Assembly: GCA_031369745.1 (NCBI GenBank)
Contig: JANMPG010000089.1
Coordinates: forward strand, 1-42,489
Source: Actinomycetes bacterium
Lineage (GTDB): Bacteria; Actinomycetota; UBA4738; HRBIN12
Length of the DNA: 42,489 nt
Reading direction: 5' to 3'
Each line of letters opens with the position of its first letter. The first letter of the stretch is position 1. Shown here in pieces: positions 1 to 8,786 of this stretch. A program made the translations under genes and the position numbers. The notes under the pieces are model-generated. The model was not told where the DNA came from. It saw only the letters and a list, made by a program, of their open reading frames with translations, and did no database searches.

Positions 1-90
1 GCTAGCACTCGATGGGTGTGAGTGCTAACGATGGTAGCCCGGTCACCTGCGAAGTGGCAAGGCGGGGACGGTCTGCATAGGGTGGCCACC

Positions 91-1878
91 ATGTCTGCAG
101 CCGAGCTCGACCCCGCCTGGATCCTCCGATACACCGCTACCTCGCATGGCTTCCCGTCGTGGATCGACGCGGAGCCGAACCATCTTGCACTGGTGAGCAA
201 CCAAGAGGGGTCCTGGCAGGCCTGGACGTACGACCTGGCCAGCGACGCCTGGCGCCAGGCGAGCGACGAGCCTGTCGGCGTGGAATCGGTGTGGGTGCTT
301 CCCGACGGCCGGGTGGCCTGGTGGAGCGACTCGACGGGCGACGAGCGGGGGCGACTCGTCGCGACCCCGTTCGCCGGCGGAGCGGTGCTGCCGGTGTTCC
401 CGGACATCCCCGAGGGCTGGCTCATGGGGCTGTCCTTCGAGCACGGGCGCGCCGCCTTGGGCGTCGAGATTGACGGCGCCTACCACGTCTACGTGGTGGA
501 CCCGGACGCCACGGTCAGGCTGCTCGCGGTATTCGCCTCCGCGGCTGGGGTGGGAAATCCGGAGGCCGGCGTCGGCGGCGGCCTGTCGGCGGACGGCTCG
601 ATGGTGTGCGTGCGCCACGGTGAGCACGGCGACATCCTGCACGACGCGCTGCGTGTGCTCGACGCCGACACCGGCGATACCGTGGCCGACCTTGAAGACG
701 TGGGTCGCCATCTCGAACCCGGCGCGTGGTCTCCGGTTGCAGGCGACCAGCGGCTCGCGTTCACCAGCGAGCGCGGGCCGTTCGAGCGCCCGGCCGTCTG
801 GGATGTCGCCACCGGCGAGCGCCGTGACATCGCGGTCGATCTTCCCGGCGGCGTGTTCCCCGTGGGGTGGTGGCCCGACGGCGCGGCGATCTTGGCACGC
901 CACGAGTTCCAGGGGCGTGGCCAGCTGTTGCGGATCGATCTGGCGACACAGACGACCAAGGCGCTGACCGAACTCGTCGGCGACATCGAATCGGCCCGGA
1001 TCAGGCCGGATGCAGCGGTGTGGTACCGGGTCAGCGACGCGGTGCACCCTGCACGCATCCAGGACACGACGGGTGCGGTGGCGATCCCGCAGGTCGGCGA
1101 TCCGGCGCCCGCCGGTCGCGCCTACGAGAGCCGCTTCGCGACCAACGCCAACGGCGATCGCATCCACATGTTCGTGGTCACGCCGAACGGTGACGGCCCA
1201 TTCCCGACCGTGGTCAACATCCACGGCGGCCCCGAATGGCACGAGCGCGACCGCTTCGACCCCGAAACGCAAGCGTTCGTCGATAACGGCTACGCGGTCG
1301 CGGTGGTGAACTACCGCGGGTCCACCGGCTACGGCGTCGCGTTCCGCGAAGCGTTGATCGGCCGGGTCTGTCTCACCGAGTCCGAAGACATCCTGGCGTG
1401 TGTCGACGCACTCATCGCAGACGGCACGACCGAACCGACGCGGGTGTATTGGAGCGGCTGGTCGTGGGGCGGTTGCCTCGCCTGCTTCCACGCAGGCGCG
1501 CATCCCGATCGGTTCCGCGCGATCTTTGCAGGGATCCCCGCCGGCGACTTCGTTGCCGCCCACTGGGCCTCCGCACCGGAACTGCAGGCGTGGGACGACG
1601 CGGCGTACGGCGGGAGCCCCGAAGCGGCCCCCGACTCCTACCGGCAGAGTAACCCGATGACGTATGTCGACGCCGTGACCGCACCCGTGTTGGTCGTGGC
1701 CGGAGAGCACGACCCGCGCTGTCCGATCGAAGGGATCACCCCGTGGGTCGACGCGGTGCGCGCGCACGGCGGCGAGGTCGAGATGCACACCTACGCCACC
1801 GGCCATCACGCGAACTCGATGTCCCAGCAGGTGCAGCACATGCAGTGGGTGTTGGACTTCTTTGCCCGCCACCGCTGA
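91..1878 (+). CDS. S9-family serine peptidase (prolyl oligopeptidase / acylaminoacyl-peptidase type)
   Basis: ORF 22..1878 has an in-frame stop at 19..21, so the gene is complete. The C-terminal alpha/beta-hydrolase part has HGGP, a GWSWGG nucleophile elbow, and later EHDPRCP and TGHH (acid and His). The N-terminal half looks like the usual propeller. The start is ambiguous: GTG22, ATG31 or ATG91. Confidence 0.85.
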   Translation: MSAAELDPAWILRYTATSHGFPSWIDAEPNHLALVSNQEGSWQAWTYDLASDAWRQASDEPVGVESVWVLPDGRVAWWSDSTGDERGRLVATPFAGGAVLPVFPDIPEGWLMGLSFEHGRAALGVEIDGAYHVYVVDPDATVRLLAVFASAAGVGNPEAGVGGGLSADGSMVCVRHGEHGDILHDALRVLDADTGDTVADLEDVGRHLEPGAWSPVAGDQRLAFTSERGPFERPAVWDVATGERRDIAVDLPGGVFPVGWWPDGAAILARHEFQGRGQLLRIDLATQTTKALTELVGDIESARIRPDAAVWYRVSDAVHPARIQDTTGAVAIPQVGDPAPAGRAYESRFATNANGDRIHMFVVTPNGDGPFPTVVNIHGGPEWHERDRFDPETQAFVDNGYAVAVVNYRGSTGYGVAFREALIGRVCLTESEDILACVDALIADGTTEPTRVYWSGWSWGGCLACFHAGAHPDRFRAIFAGIPAGDFVAAHWASAPELQAWDDAAYGGSPEAAPDSYRQSNPMTYVDAVTAPVLVVAGEHDPRCPIEGITPWVDAVRAHGGEVEMHTYATGHHANSMSQQVQHMQWVLDFFARHR

Positions 1879-1884
1879 GCGCCG

Positions 1885-2295
1885 CTACAGCCCCGAGCTG
1901 TGGATCCGATCGATGCGGAACTCGATGATCACCGATGTCTGTTGATCGATCGGCGCCACACGCTCGTACTGCGGGAACTTCTCGTACAGCAAGTTGCGGT
2001 CACGCTCGAACTCCGGACCGCTTTCCACCAGGTAGGCCTCGCCGGACATGATGACTTGCGCGAGCCCCTCGTCCCAGTCCTCGGAGTAGCGATCCACGCA
2101 GTACGTCACCGACGCGTTGTTGCGGATGTCGGTGATCTTGCGGTCATACGCGCTCGCGATGACGATCCGATCGCCGTCCAGGACATGGCACACGGGCACG
2201 ACGTGCGGCCAGGCGCCCGCATAGGCGGTCCCCAGGTGTCCGACGCGAGCGTCCGACACGAACCGCGCCTGCGCGCCGGTGAGCTCGGCGCCCAC
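1885..2295 (-). CDS. PPOX-class (pyridoxamine 5'-phosphate oxidase-like, FMN/F420-binding split-barrel) family protein
   Basis: 136-aa ORF with a GTG start 2 nt downstream of the acs stop. The sequence pattern (VGHLGT...PHVVPVCHV..DGDRIVIAS...) resembles small actinobacterial PPOX/F420-dependent proteins. Family-level call only. Confidence 0.7.
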   Translation of the reverse strand: MGAELTGAQARFVSDARVGHLGTAYAGAWPHVVPVCHVLDGDRIVIASAYDRKITDIRNNASVTYCVDRYSEDWDEGLAQVIMSGEAYLVESGPEFERDRNLLYEKFPQYERVAPIDQQTSVIIEFRIDRIHSSGL

Positions 2296-2297
2296 GT

Positions 2298-4256
2298 TCA
2301 GTCCTCCTCCGCAGCCGACGCTTGATCGCGGATCTGCTCCACGATCTCGGCGTTGGCCAGCGTGGTCACGTCACCCAGGGTGTTGCCACGGGCGACGTCC
2401 CGCAGCAGCCGCCGCATGATCTTGCCCGAGCGAGTTTTCGGAAGGTCTGGGGTGAAGATGATCTCATCGGGCTTGGCGATCGGTCCGATGACCGTGGCGA
2501 CGTGATCGCGGAGCTGCGCCAACGTGTCTGCGTCACCGACGATGCCGGTCTTCAGCGTGACGAACGCAACGATGCCTTCGCCTTTGATGTCGTGCGGCTT
2601 CGATACCACCGCGGCCTCCGCGACCCGCTTGTCATCCACCAGTGCCGACTCGATCTCGAACGTGGACAGCCGGTGCCCCGCGACGTTCATCACGTCGTCG
2701 ATCCGCCCGAGGAGCCAGAAGAAACCCTCCTCATCGCGGCGGGCTCCGTCTCCGGCCACGTAGATCTCGGGGCCGTACGCGCTGAAGTACGTCTGGACGT
2801 AGCGATCCGGATCGCCCCAGATCGTGCGTGCGATCGACGGCCACGGATGCTTCAACACGAGGAACCCGCCGCCACCCAAGGCAACGGTCTCGCCCCGCTC
2901 GTCGACCACATCTGCTTCGATCCCAGGGAACGCGAACGTCGCGGATCCGGGCTTGAGCATGGTGAGCCCCGGCAGGGGTGAGATCAAGATCGCGCCGGTC
3001 TCGGTTTGCCACCATGTGTCGACCACCGGGCACCGCTCGCCGCCGATCACCTTCCAATACCAGACCCAGGCTTCAGGATTGATCGGTTCGCCCACCGAAC
3101 CGAGCAGCCGCAACGACGACAGATCGTGACGGTCCGGATACTGCGTGCCCCACTTCATGAACGCGCGGATCGCGGTCGGCGCCGTGTACAGGATCGTCAC
3201 GCCGTACGTTTCCGCGATCGTCCACCAACGCTCCTTATCGGGCCAATCGGGAGCCCCTTCATACATCACGCCGGTCGTGTGGTTCGCCAGCGGTCCGTAG
3301 ACGATGTAGCTGTGCCCGGTCACCCAGCCACAGTCCGCGGCACACCAGTAGACGTCGTCGTCGTGGATGTCGAAGATCATCCGGTGCGTCGCGGCCACCT
3401 GCGTCAGGTACCCGCCGGTCGTATGCGCGATGCCCTTGGGCTTGCCGGTCGTGCCGCTCGTGTACAAGAGATACAGCAGATCCTCGGCGTCCATCGATTC
3501 GGGCGTGCAATCCGTTGACTGCGCGGCCACGAGCTCGTGGTACCACACGTCGCGACCCTGTTGGAACGCGTGCTCGTTGCCGCAGCGACGCACCGTGATC
3601 ACGTGCTCGATGCTCGGGCACCCCGCGACCGCCTCGTCGGCATTGTGCTTCAGCGGCACGACCGTTCCACGCCGCCAGGCGCCGTCGGCGGTGATCAGCA
3701 CCGTTGCCTCGGCGTCGTTGATGCGGTCGCGCAGGGACTCCGCGCTGAAGCCGCCGAAGACCACCGAGTGCACGGCGCCGATACGCGCGCACGCCAGCCT
3801 CGCGATCGGCAACTCGGGAACCATCCCCAGGTAGATGTTCACCCGGTCGCCCTTGCCGACGCCGAGGCTGCGTAGACCGTTCGCCAGTCTCGACACGTCG
3901 TCGAGCAGCTCCCGATACGTGATCACGCGCGTATCGCCGGGCTCGCCCTCCCAGTAGTACGCAACCTTGTCGCCGCCGCCTGACTCGACGTGCCGATCGA
4001 GGCAGTTGTACGACGCGTTCAAGCGTCCACCGGCGAACCAGGTCACCCACGGCGGCGTCCACTCCATCACGGTGTCCCACGGGCGATCCCAGGTCAGCCG
4101 GGTAGCCTGCTCGGCCCAGAACGCCACGAAGTCCGCGTTCGCGACCTCGTAGATCCGGGGGTCGCCCACGACGGCTCCATCACGGAAGGAGTCGGGCGGC
4201 ACGAAGACTTGTTCTTCCGACAACAGGGCCTCGATGTCGCGCTGGGCGTCGTCCAT
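2298..4256 (-). CDS. acs: Acetyl-CoA synthetase (AMP-forming)
   Basis: ORF 2298..4388 trimmed to ATG 4256 (MDDAQRDIEALL...). Hallmarks are YTSGTTGKPKG, WWQTETG and the C-terminal TRSGKIMRRLLRD with the regulatory Lys. The length of about 652 aa is typical. Confidence 0.95.
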   Translation of the reverse strand: MDDAQRDIEALLSEEQVFVPPDSFRDGAVVGDPRIYEVANADFVAFWAEQATRLTWDRPWDTVMEWTPPWVTWFAGGRLNASYNCLDRHVESGGGDKVAYYWEGEPGDTRVITYRELLDDVSRLANGLRSLGVGKGDRVNIYLGMVPELPIARLACARIGAVHSVVFGGFSAESLRDRINDAEATVLITADGAWRRGTVVPLKHNADEAVAGCPSIEHVITVRRCGNEHAFQQGRDVWYHELVAAQSTDCTPESMDAEDLLYLLYTSGTTGKPKGIAHTTGGYLTQVAATHRMIFDIHDDDVYWCAADCGWVTGHSYIVYGPLANHTTGVMYEGAPDWPDKERWWTIAETYGVTILYTAPTAIRAFMKWGTQYPDRHDLSSLRLLGSVGEPINPEAWVWYWKVIGGERCPVVDTWWQTETGAILISPLPGLTMLKPGSATFAFPGIEADVVDERGETVALGGGGFLVLKHPWPSIARTIWGDPDRYVQTYFSAYGPEIYVAGDGARRDEEGFFWLLGRIDDVMNVAGHRLSTFEIESALVDDKRVAEAAVVSKPHDIKGEGIVAFVTLKTGIVGDADTLAQLRDHVATVIGPIAKPDEIIFTPDLPKTRSGKIMRRLLRDVARGNTLGDVTTLANAEIVEQIRDQASAAEED

Positions 4257-4418
4257 GAACCGCTGTCCCTTCCGCCGGGAGCAGCATCGTACGCGCAGGG
4301 TCGGCGCCCGTGCGACCCGGCGTCGGGCCCCTAGGCGACACCCCGGCCTTCCACGTTCGGCCCGTTCGTAGCTGCCGGGTGCTTGCATCGGGGCCTCGGA
4401 GCCTCCACCATCGGCCCA

Positions 4419-4440
4419 GAGCCGCCCGATGGGGCGGCTC
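4419..4440. promoter_or_regulatory. Perfect hairpin / inverted repeat GAGCCGCCC-GATG-GGGCGGCTC in the acs / DUF5679 divergent intergenic region
   Basis: Read directly: 9-bp perfect stem with a 4-nt loop, about 35 nt upstream of ATG 4475. There is no T-tract and no gene ends here, so it is not a terminator. The function is unknown. Confidence 0.3.
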
Positions 4441-4474
4441 GAAAAGCATGGTGGGGATGGGGAAGGAGGCAGCG

Positions 4475-4651
4475 ATGGCCGACGTGGCCTACTGCATGAA
4501 GTGCCGCGAGAAGCGTGAGTTCGAGGGCTCGCTGGTCACTCTGAAGAACGGTCGTCCGGCTCTTCAGGGCACGTGCTCGGTGTGTGGAACGAAGCTCACG
4601 AAGATCATTGGCATGGACGCGGCGAAAGCGATGGGCTGGAAAGCCCCTTAG
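4475..4651 (+). CDS. DUF5679-type small zinc-ribbon protein
   Basis: 58 aa (MADVAYCMKCREKREFEG...CSVCGTKLTKIIG) with a CxxC...CxxC arrangement. A strong SD, GGAAGGAGG (4461-4469), lies 5 nt before ATG 4475. The longer track ORF from 4310 has no support. Confidence 0.8.
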   Translation: MADVAYCMKCREKREFEGSLVTLKNGRPALQGTCSVCGTKLTKIIGMDAAKAMGWKAP

Positions 4652-5121
4652 TTCAAGCGCGACAACAGCTGTTCGGGGCTGAGCACGACCAGCCCCGGTG
4701 ACATCTTCCGGTGGCGGGCCGCAAGGTCCGCCACCGTCGTGCGTTCGAAGACATCCTGCACCGCTCGGGCGACGTCAGCCCAGAAGCCTTGCAACCCACA
4801 GCGTGAGTCCGCGAAACACGTGTGGTCAGAGGGCTCGAGACAAAACACCGGGTAGATCTGTCCCTCGATCGCGTCGGCCACCTGGGCGATCGTGATCGCT
4901 GTTGGATCGGCTGCCAGCCGGCACCCCCCGCCCGCGCCACGGAAGCTCTCGACCAGGCCTGCCCGCGACAACGACCCGAGTTGCTGCTCCAAGAACCGCA
5001 ACGGGATCTGCTGGCGCTCCGCGATCTCGCGTGCGGGGACCAATACGCCCTCGTCGCGACGCTCGGCCAGCTCGATCATGGCGCGGATCGCGTACTCGAG
5101 CTTCTGCGGGACCTTCAGCAT
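4648..5121 (-). CDS. Rrf2-family transcriptional regulator with a 3-Cys (probable Fe-S) motif
   Basis: The N-terminal winged helix is typical of Rrf2 (MLKVPQKLEYAIRAMIELA...). The cysteine cluster is CLEPSDHTCFADSRC. A GGAGG sits 9 nt upstream of ATG 5121, and this start is preferred over GTG 5142. Confidence 0.85.
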   Translation of the reverse strand: MLKVPQKLEYAIRAMIELAERRDEGVLVPAREIAERQQIPLRFLEQQLGSLSRAGLVESFRGAGGGCRLAADPTAITIAQVADAIEGQIYPVFCLEPSDHTCFADSRCGLQGFWADVARAVQDVFERTTVADLAARHRKMSPGLVVLSPEQLLSRLN

Positions 5122-5152
5122 GGAAGCGTACCTCCTCGTCACACCAGGCTAG

Positions 5153-5170
5153 GTGCAGGCGTTCCTGCAC
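5153..5170. promoter_or_regulatory. 18-bp perfect palindrome GTGCAGG-CGTT-CCTGCAC (candidate operator) in the Rrf2 / response-regulator divergent region
   Basis: Read directly. It lies between Rrf2 ATG 5121 and GTG 5209, upstream of a TATGCT (TANNNT) box at 5197-5202. Protein binding is an inference. Confidence 0.35.
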
Positions 5171-5208
5171 GTCAACGGGCACTTCGAGCACCGCGGTATG
5201 CTCGACGC

Positions 5209-5577
5209 GTGGCTCGTGTCCTCGTGATCGACGACGATCCCGACGTGCGGTGGCTGATCCGGGTGACTCTGGAGCGCGTCGGGCACGTGGTGCTCCTCGC
5301 CGAAGACGGCCTGCGCGGCATCGCGGTCGCCATGAAACAGCACCCCGACGTCATCGTGCTCGATCTGATGATGCCCGTGATGGACGGCTACGAAGTGCTG
5401 GCCGAACTCGCGAAAGATCCTAAGACCGCGTCGGTACCGGTCCTCGTGCTGTCCGCCCGAGCGATCCCGGATGAGGCCGATCGAGCCACGCAAGCGGGCG
5501 CGAGCCGCTTCTTGGAGAAGCCCTTTGACCCCGACGAGCTGGCCGACGAACTGAAGGCGCTGTTGCGGATCGGTTGA
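5209..5577 (+). CDS. Single-domain (CheY-like, receiver-only) response regulator
   Basis: VARVLVIDDD..., phospho-acceptor context VIVLDLMMP, then VLVLSA and EKPF. There is no output domain. GTG 5209 is the only plausible in-frame start before beta-1. It has no SD but a TANNNT box 6 nt upstream, suggesting a possibly leaderless mRNA. Confidence 0.8.
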   Translation: MARVLVIDDDPDVRWLIRVTLERVGHVVLLAEDGLRGIAVAMKQHPDVIVLDLMMPVMDGYEVLAELAKDPKTASVPVLVLSARAIPDEADRATQAGASRFLEKPFDPDELADELKALLRIG

Positions 5578-5593
5578 TGCACGCGCTCGCGGA

Positions 5594-6127
5594 TTACGCG
5601 GTCAGCGTCGAGGCGTAGTCAACGCCGACGACTACGACCACCGAGACGCTGTCCGGCACGACCGATTGCAGCTCCGGATCCAGCTTCTTCACGGGGGCGC
5701 CGTCGAAGTAGGTGTCGGCGATGTAGGTGGCGTCGGCCTTGTTCTGTGCCGCGTTCTCGTCGTCCCGGTAGTAGACGATCGTCTTGTCGACACCCGCGGA
5801 ACCCGGGACGTCTGCGGCATCCTGCGGAGCCTTGTAGCCGTGGGCAACCAGCAGCGACTGCGCCGCCGCACCCGCGCCTGCGACGTCGGTGCCGTTGAGC
5901 GCCATGATCTCCACGCCCTCCGTCTGGGGAGCAGGCGTCGGAGTGGGTGCTACGGACGATGTCTGCGATGTGGAAGGTGCCACGCTCGCGCTCGGCGAGG
6001 TGGAAACGCCCGGCGCCGCCAGGGTCGCATCGGAGTCGAGGAAGCCGTTGGCGAGAACCGCAAGCCCCGCCACGATCAAGGCCACGATGATGAGGATCCG
6101 CCCGGTACTGAGATTCACGCGAACCAT
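5594..6127 (-). CDS. LytR_C (LytR cell-envelope-related C-terminal) domain membrane protein
   Basis: It has an N-terminal TM helix, a Ser/Pro/Thr/Ala-rich linker, and a C-terminal VEIMALNGTDVAGAGAAA...IVYY... pattern typical of LytR_C. It is paired with DUF3263, as in mycobacterial Rv0430/Rv0431 (from memory). Confidence 0.75.
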   Translation of the reverse strand: MVRVNLSTGRILIIVALIVAGLAVLANGFLDSDATLAAPGVSTSPSASVAPSTSQTSSVAPTPTPAPQTEGVEIMALNGTDVAGAGAAAQSLLVAHGYKAPQDAADVPGSAGVDKTIVYYRDDENAAQNKADATYIADTYFDGAPVKKLDPELQSVVPDSVSVVVVVGVDYASTLTA

Positions 6128-6169
6128 CCTACCCCGATGCCGAGGCGATGCGGCCGGGTCCGTGCGGCC

Positions 6170-6484
6170 CTAGAGCTGGATCCCAAGGCGCTGCGCCGTA
6201 TGGCGTCTGCGGCGGATCTCTCGGATCCGGCGGAGACGACGGACCAGCATGGGGTCATACGCCACCGCCTCCGGATGCTCCACGATCTGACGCAGCAATT
6301 GGTGGTATCGCGTCGTCGAGATCCCGAACGTTTCCCTGATCGCGCGTTCTTTCGGGGTCCTCAGGCGCCACGCATCTCGCTCGAAGTCCAGGATGCGGCG
6401 GTCGCGGTCATCAAGCGAACCGCGCCCCGATGCCGATGCCGATGCTGCGCTCTCGGTTCTTCCCACGGTTCGGCAGGCTCGCAT
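6170..6484 (-). CDS. DUF3263 domain protein
   Basis: The C-terminal LDDRDRRILDFERDAWRLRTPKERAIRETFGISTTRYHQLLRQIVEHPEAVAYDPMLVRRLRR matches the DUF3263 pattern. The start is uncertain: ATG 6484 was chosen, and the track ORF extends to 6577. Confidence 0.7.
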   Translation of the reverse strand: MRACRTVGRTESAASASASGRGSLDDRDRRILDFERDAWRLRTPKERAIRETFGISTTRYHQLLRQIVEHPEAVAYDPMLVRRLRRIREIRRRRHTAQRLGIQL

Positions 6485-6552
6485 CTGCCACCCGCCGGTG
6501 CAAGCACCGACGTGGTCCCGGTCGGTTCCGTCGGGCCCCGAGAGGTGAGACC

Positions 6553-8766
6553 ATGGCACCGCGACCTGCGAGGACACAGGTGAACACGGCGAACCCGGAT
6601 CCGACGAGGAACACCAGCGACTCGGAGCGATCCGACGCGCAGCTCGACATGCTGCACAGCTTCGCCGCGAAGCTGAACGCGTTGATCGACACGGGTGAGA
6701 TCGGCAGCACGATCACCTCGGAGCTGCGCACGATCATCGACTACCACAACTGTCGCGTGTACCTCATGCAGGATCACACGGTGCTGATGCCGATCGCATT
6801 CCGCGGCGAGATGACGACCGAATACGCCGAGGAGGACCTCGACGCGCTCATCACCAAGGTCGGCGAGGGCATCACCGGGAACGTGGCCGCGAGCCGGCGG
6901 TCCTTGTTGACCCCGGACGCCCGCGAGGTTTCCTTCTCGGTCACGATCGCCGGCACCGACGACGACCTGCTCGAATCTATGTTGGCCGTCCCCATGATCG
7001 CCGGCGACGACGTGATCGGTGTGATCGTGCTGTCGAGCCTGGGCTACGGCATGTTCGACGAGGAGGACCAGCGGATGCTGGAGGTCCTCGCGCCCCACGC
7101 GGCCGCAGCGTTCCAGAACGCACGCTTGTTGCAGGCCGAGCGGGAGGCTGCCCAGGCAGCGGGCGCGCTACTCCAGCTATCTCAATCGCTGACGGCCCGG
7201 CGAAGCGTGAACGACATCTTCCGCGATGCGATCGAAACGATCCCGACGATCATCCCGTGCATCGCGACCGCCGCCTACGTACGCGACGACGCCACGGGCG
7301 ACTTCCGTTTGGTCCAGCTCCGAGCCGAAGCGGGTCACCCGCTGCGGACGCGCGCCGACATCGCCGACGTTCCCCGTGCGCTCGCAGATGCGCTGCTACT
7401 CAGCGATTCCGCGCCCTTCGTAGTACCGCAAGACGTTGCCGACCAGGTTCCGGACGAGATCAGGATCATGGACGATTTCGGCGAGGCGCTCGTGTTTCCC
7501 TTGCGCTGGGAGCCCGAGCAGACCGGCGCACTCGTCGCGGTCGGTGCGCGAGACGGCGAGGGTTTCGACGAAGCCTCGATGCGCCTGGGTCGAGGCATCG
7601 GCGACCTCACGTCGCTCGCCCTGGGCAACGCGCGGCGCATCAGCGACCTCGAGCGTTTCCACCGGTTGGTCGAGAGCCTCGACGCGATCTTCTGGGAGGC
7701 CGACGCGCAGGATCTGCACCTGACCTTCATGGGAGGGCGTGCCGACGCGCTCCTTGGCGCCGAGGCGGCGCAGTGGCAGACGGGCGGGTCCGCCTGGGGG
7801 GACCACATCGTGGACGCGGATCGCTCCCTCGCGGTCGCCGAAGTCCGACGAGCGGTCGCCGACGCCGCCGACGTGATCGTCGAGTACCGAGTCCGGGCGC
7901 CGAACGGCGACACCGTGTGGATGCGCGATCTGGTCCATATCGTGCGCGGCAGTCAAGGCGTCCGTCAGATCCGGGGTTTGATCGTCGACATCACCGAGCG
8001 CAAGCAGGCAGAGCAGACGCTGCGGGAATCCGAACGCAAGTACTCCGATGCGTTCATCCGCGAGCGCGAGGCCGCGCAGCAGCTACGCGCACTCGACGCG
8101 ATGAAGAACACGTTCCTGGAGGCGGTGTCGCACGATCTGCGGACGCCACTGACGTCGATCCTTGGCTCCGCGCTGACCCTCGAGCAAGGGGGGCTGGAGA
8201 TCGAGCCCAGTGACGCCCTCGACCTCGTACACCGGATCGCCGCGAACGCCCGGAAGCTCGAACGGCTGCTGGGAGACCTCCTCGACCTGGACCGACTCCA
8301 GCGCGGCATCGTCTCGCCCCAGCGTCGGCCCACCGACGTGGCAGCACTGGTCCATCGAGTCGTTGCCGAGATGGAGAATCCGAACGGCCGGATCATCGAT
8401 ATCGAGGCGGGCGGCGTGTCCGCATCACTCGACGCACCGAAGGTGGAGCGGATCGTCGAGAACCTCGTTGCGAACGCGATCCGTCACACGCCGCCCGACG
8501 CGCACATCCGGGTGTGGGCGTCACAACAGCCCGACGGGGTCGTCATCGGCGTCGATGACGCCGGTCCGGGCATCCCGGAAGCCTCGAGAGAGTCGATCTT
8601 CGAGCCCTTCGAGCAGACGGCGGGTCCGGCGATCGAACACTCCCCGGGGGTTGGGATCGGCTTGTCGCTCGTACGTCGGTTCGCCGAGCTCCACGGCGGC
8701 CGGGCATGGGTGGAGCCGGCGGCCACCGGCGGCTCTTCGTTCCGCGTGTTCCTGCCGAACGACTGA
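6553..8766 (+). CDS. GAF/GAF/PAS sensor histidine kinase (HisKA + HATPase_c), cytoplasmic
   Basis: H-box AVSHDLRTPLTSILG, N-box LVANAIRHTP, G1 VDDAGPGIP, G2 GVGIGLSLV. A PAS-like segment precedes the coiled linker (ITERKQAEQTLRESERKY), and the N-terminus has GAF-like regions. ATG 6553 has GAGGTGAG upstream. Confidence 0.9.
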   Translation: MAPRPARTQVNTANPDPTRNTSDSERSDAQLDMLHSFAAKLNALIDTGEIGSTITSELRTIIDYHNCRVYLMQDHTVLMPIAFRGEMTTEYAEEDLDALITKVGEGITGNVAASRRSLLTPDAREVSFSVTIAGTDDDLLESMLAVPMIAGDDVIGVIVLSSLGYGMFDEEDQRMLEVLAPHAAAAFQNARLLQAEREAAQAAGALLQLSQSLTARRSVNDIFRDAIETIPTIIPCIATAAYVRDDATGDFRLVQLRAEAGHPLRTRADIADVPRALADALLLSDSAPFVVPQDVADQVPDEIRIMDDFGEALVFPLRWEPEQTGALVAVGARDGEGFDEASMRLGRGIGDLTSLALGNARRISDLERFHRLVESLDAIFWEADAQDLHLTFMGGRADALLGAEAAQWQTGGSAWGDHIVDADRSLAVAEVRRAVADAADVIVEYRVRAPNGDTVWMRDLVHIVRGSQGVRQIRGLIVDITERKQAEQTLRESERKYSDAFIREREAAQQLRALDAMKNTFLEAVSHDLRTPLTSILGSALTLEQGGLEIEPSDALDLVHRIAANARKLERLLGDLLDLDRLQRGIVSPQRRPTDVAALVHRVVAEMENPNGRIIDIEAGGVSASLDAPKVERIVENLVANAIRHTPPDAHIRVWASQQPDGVVIGVDDAGPGIPEASRESIFEPFEQTAGPAIEHSPGVGIGLSLVRRFAELHGGRAWVEPAATGGSSFRVFLPND

Positions 8767-8786
8767 ACCCCGTTGGCCTCTCGGCG

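Noticed and set aside
43-1872. 609-aa minus-strand ORF antisense to the S9 peptidase. Similar long antisense ORFs: 9883-11409 (+), 21919-23532 (+), 25832-26968 (+), 28171-29271 (+), 28962-30587 (+), 29927-31432 (+), 32937-34673 (+), 34577-36535 (+), 38239-39636 (-), 40917-42050 (+), 17786-18898 (-)
   Set aside because: These are typical high-G+C shadow ORFs. They have Arg/Pro/Gly/Ala-dominated translations and no motifs. Each lies opposite a gene with unmistakable family signatures.
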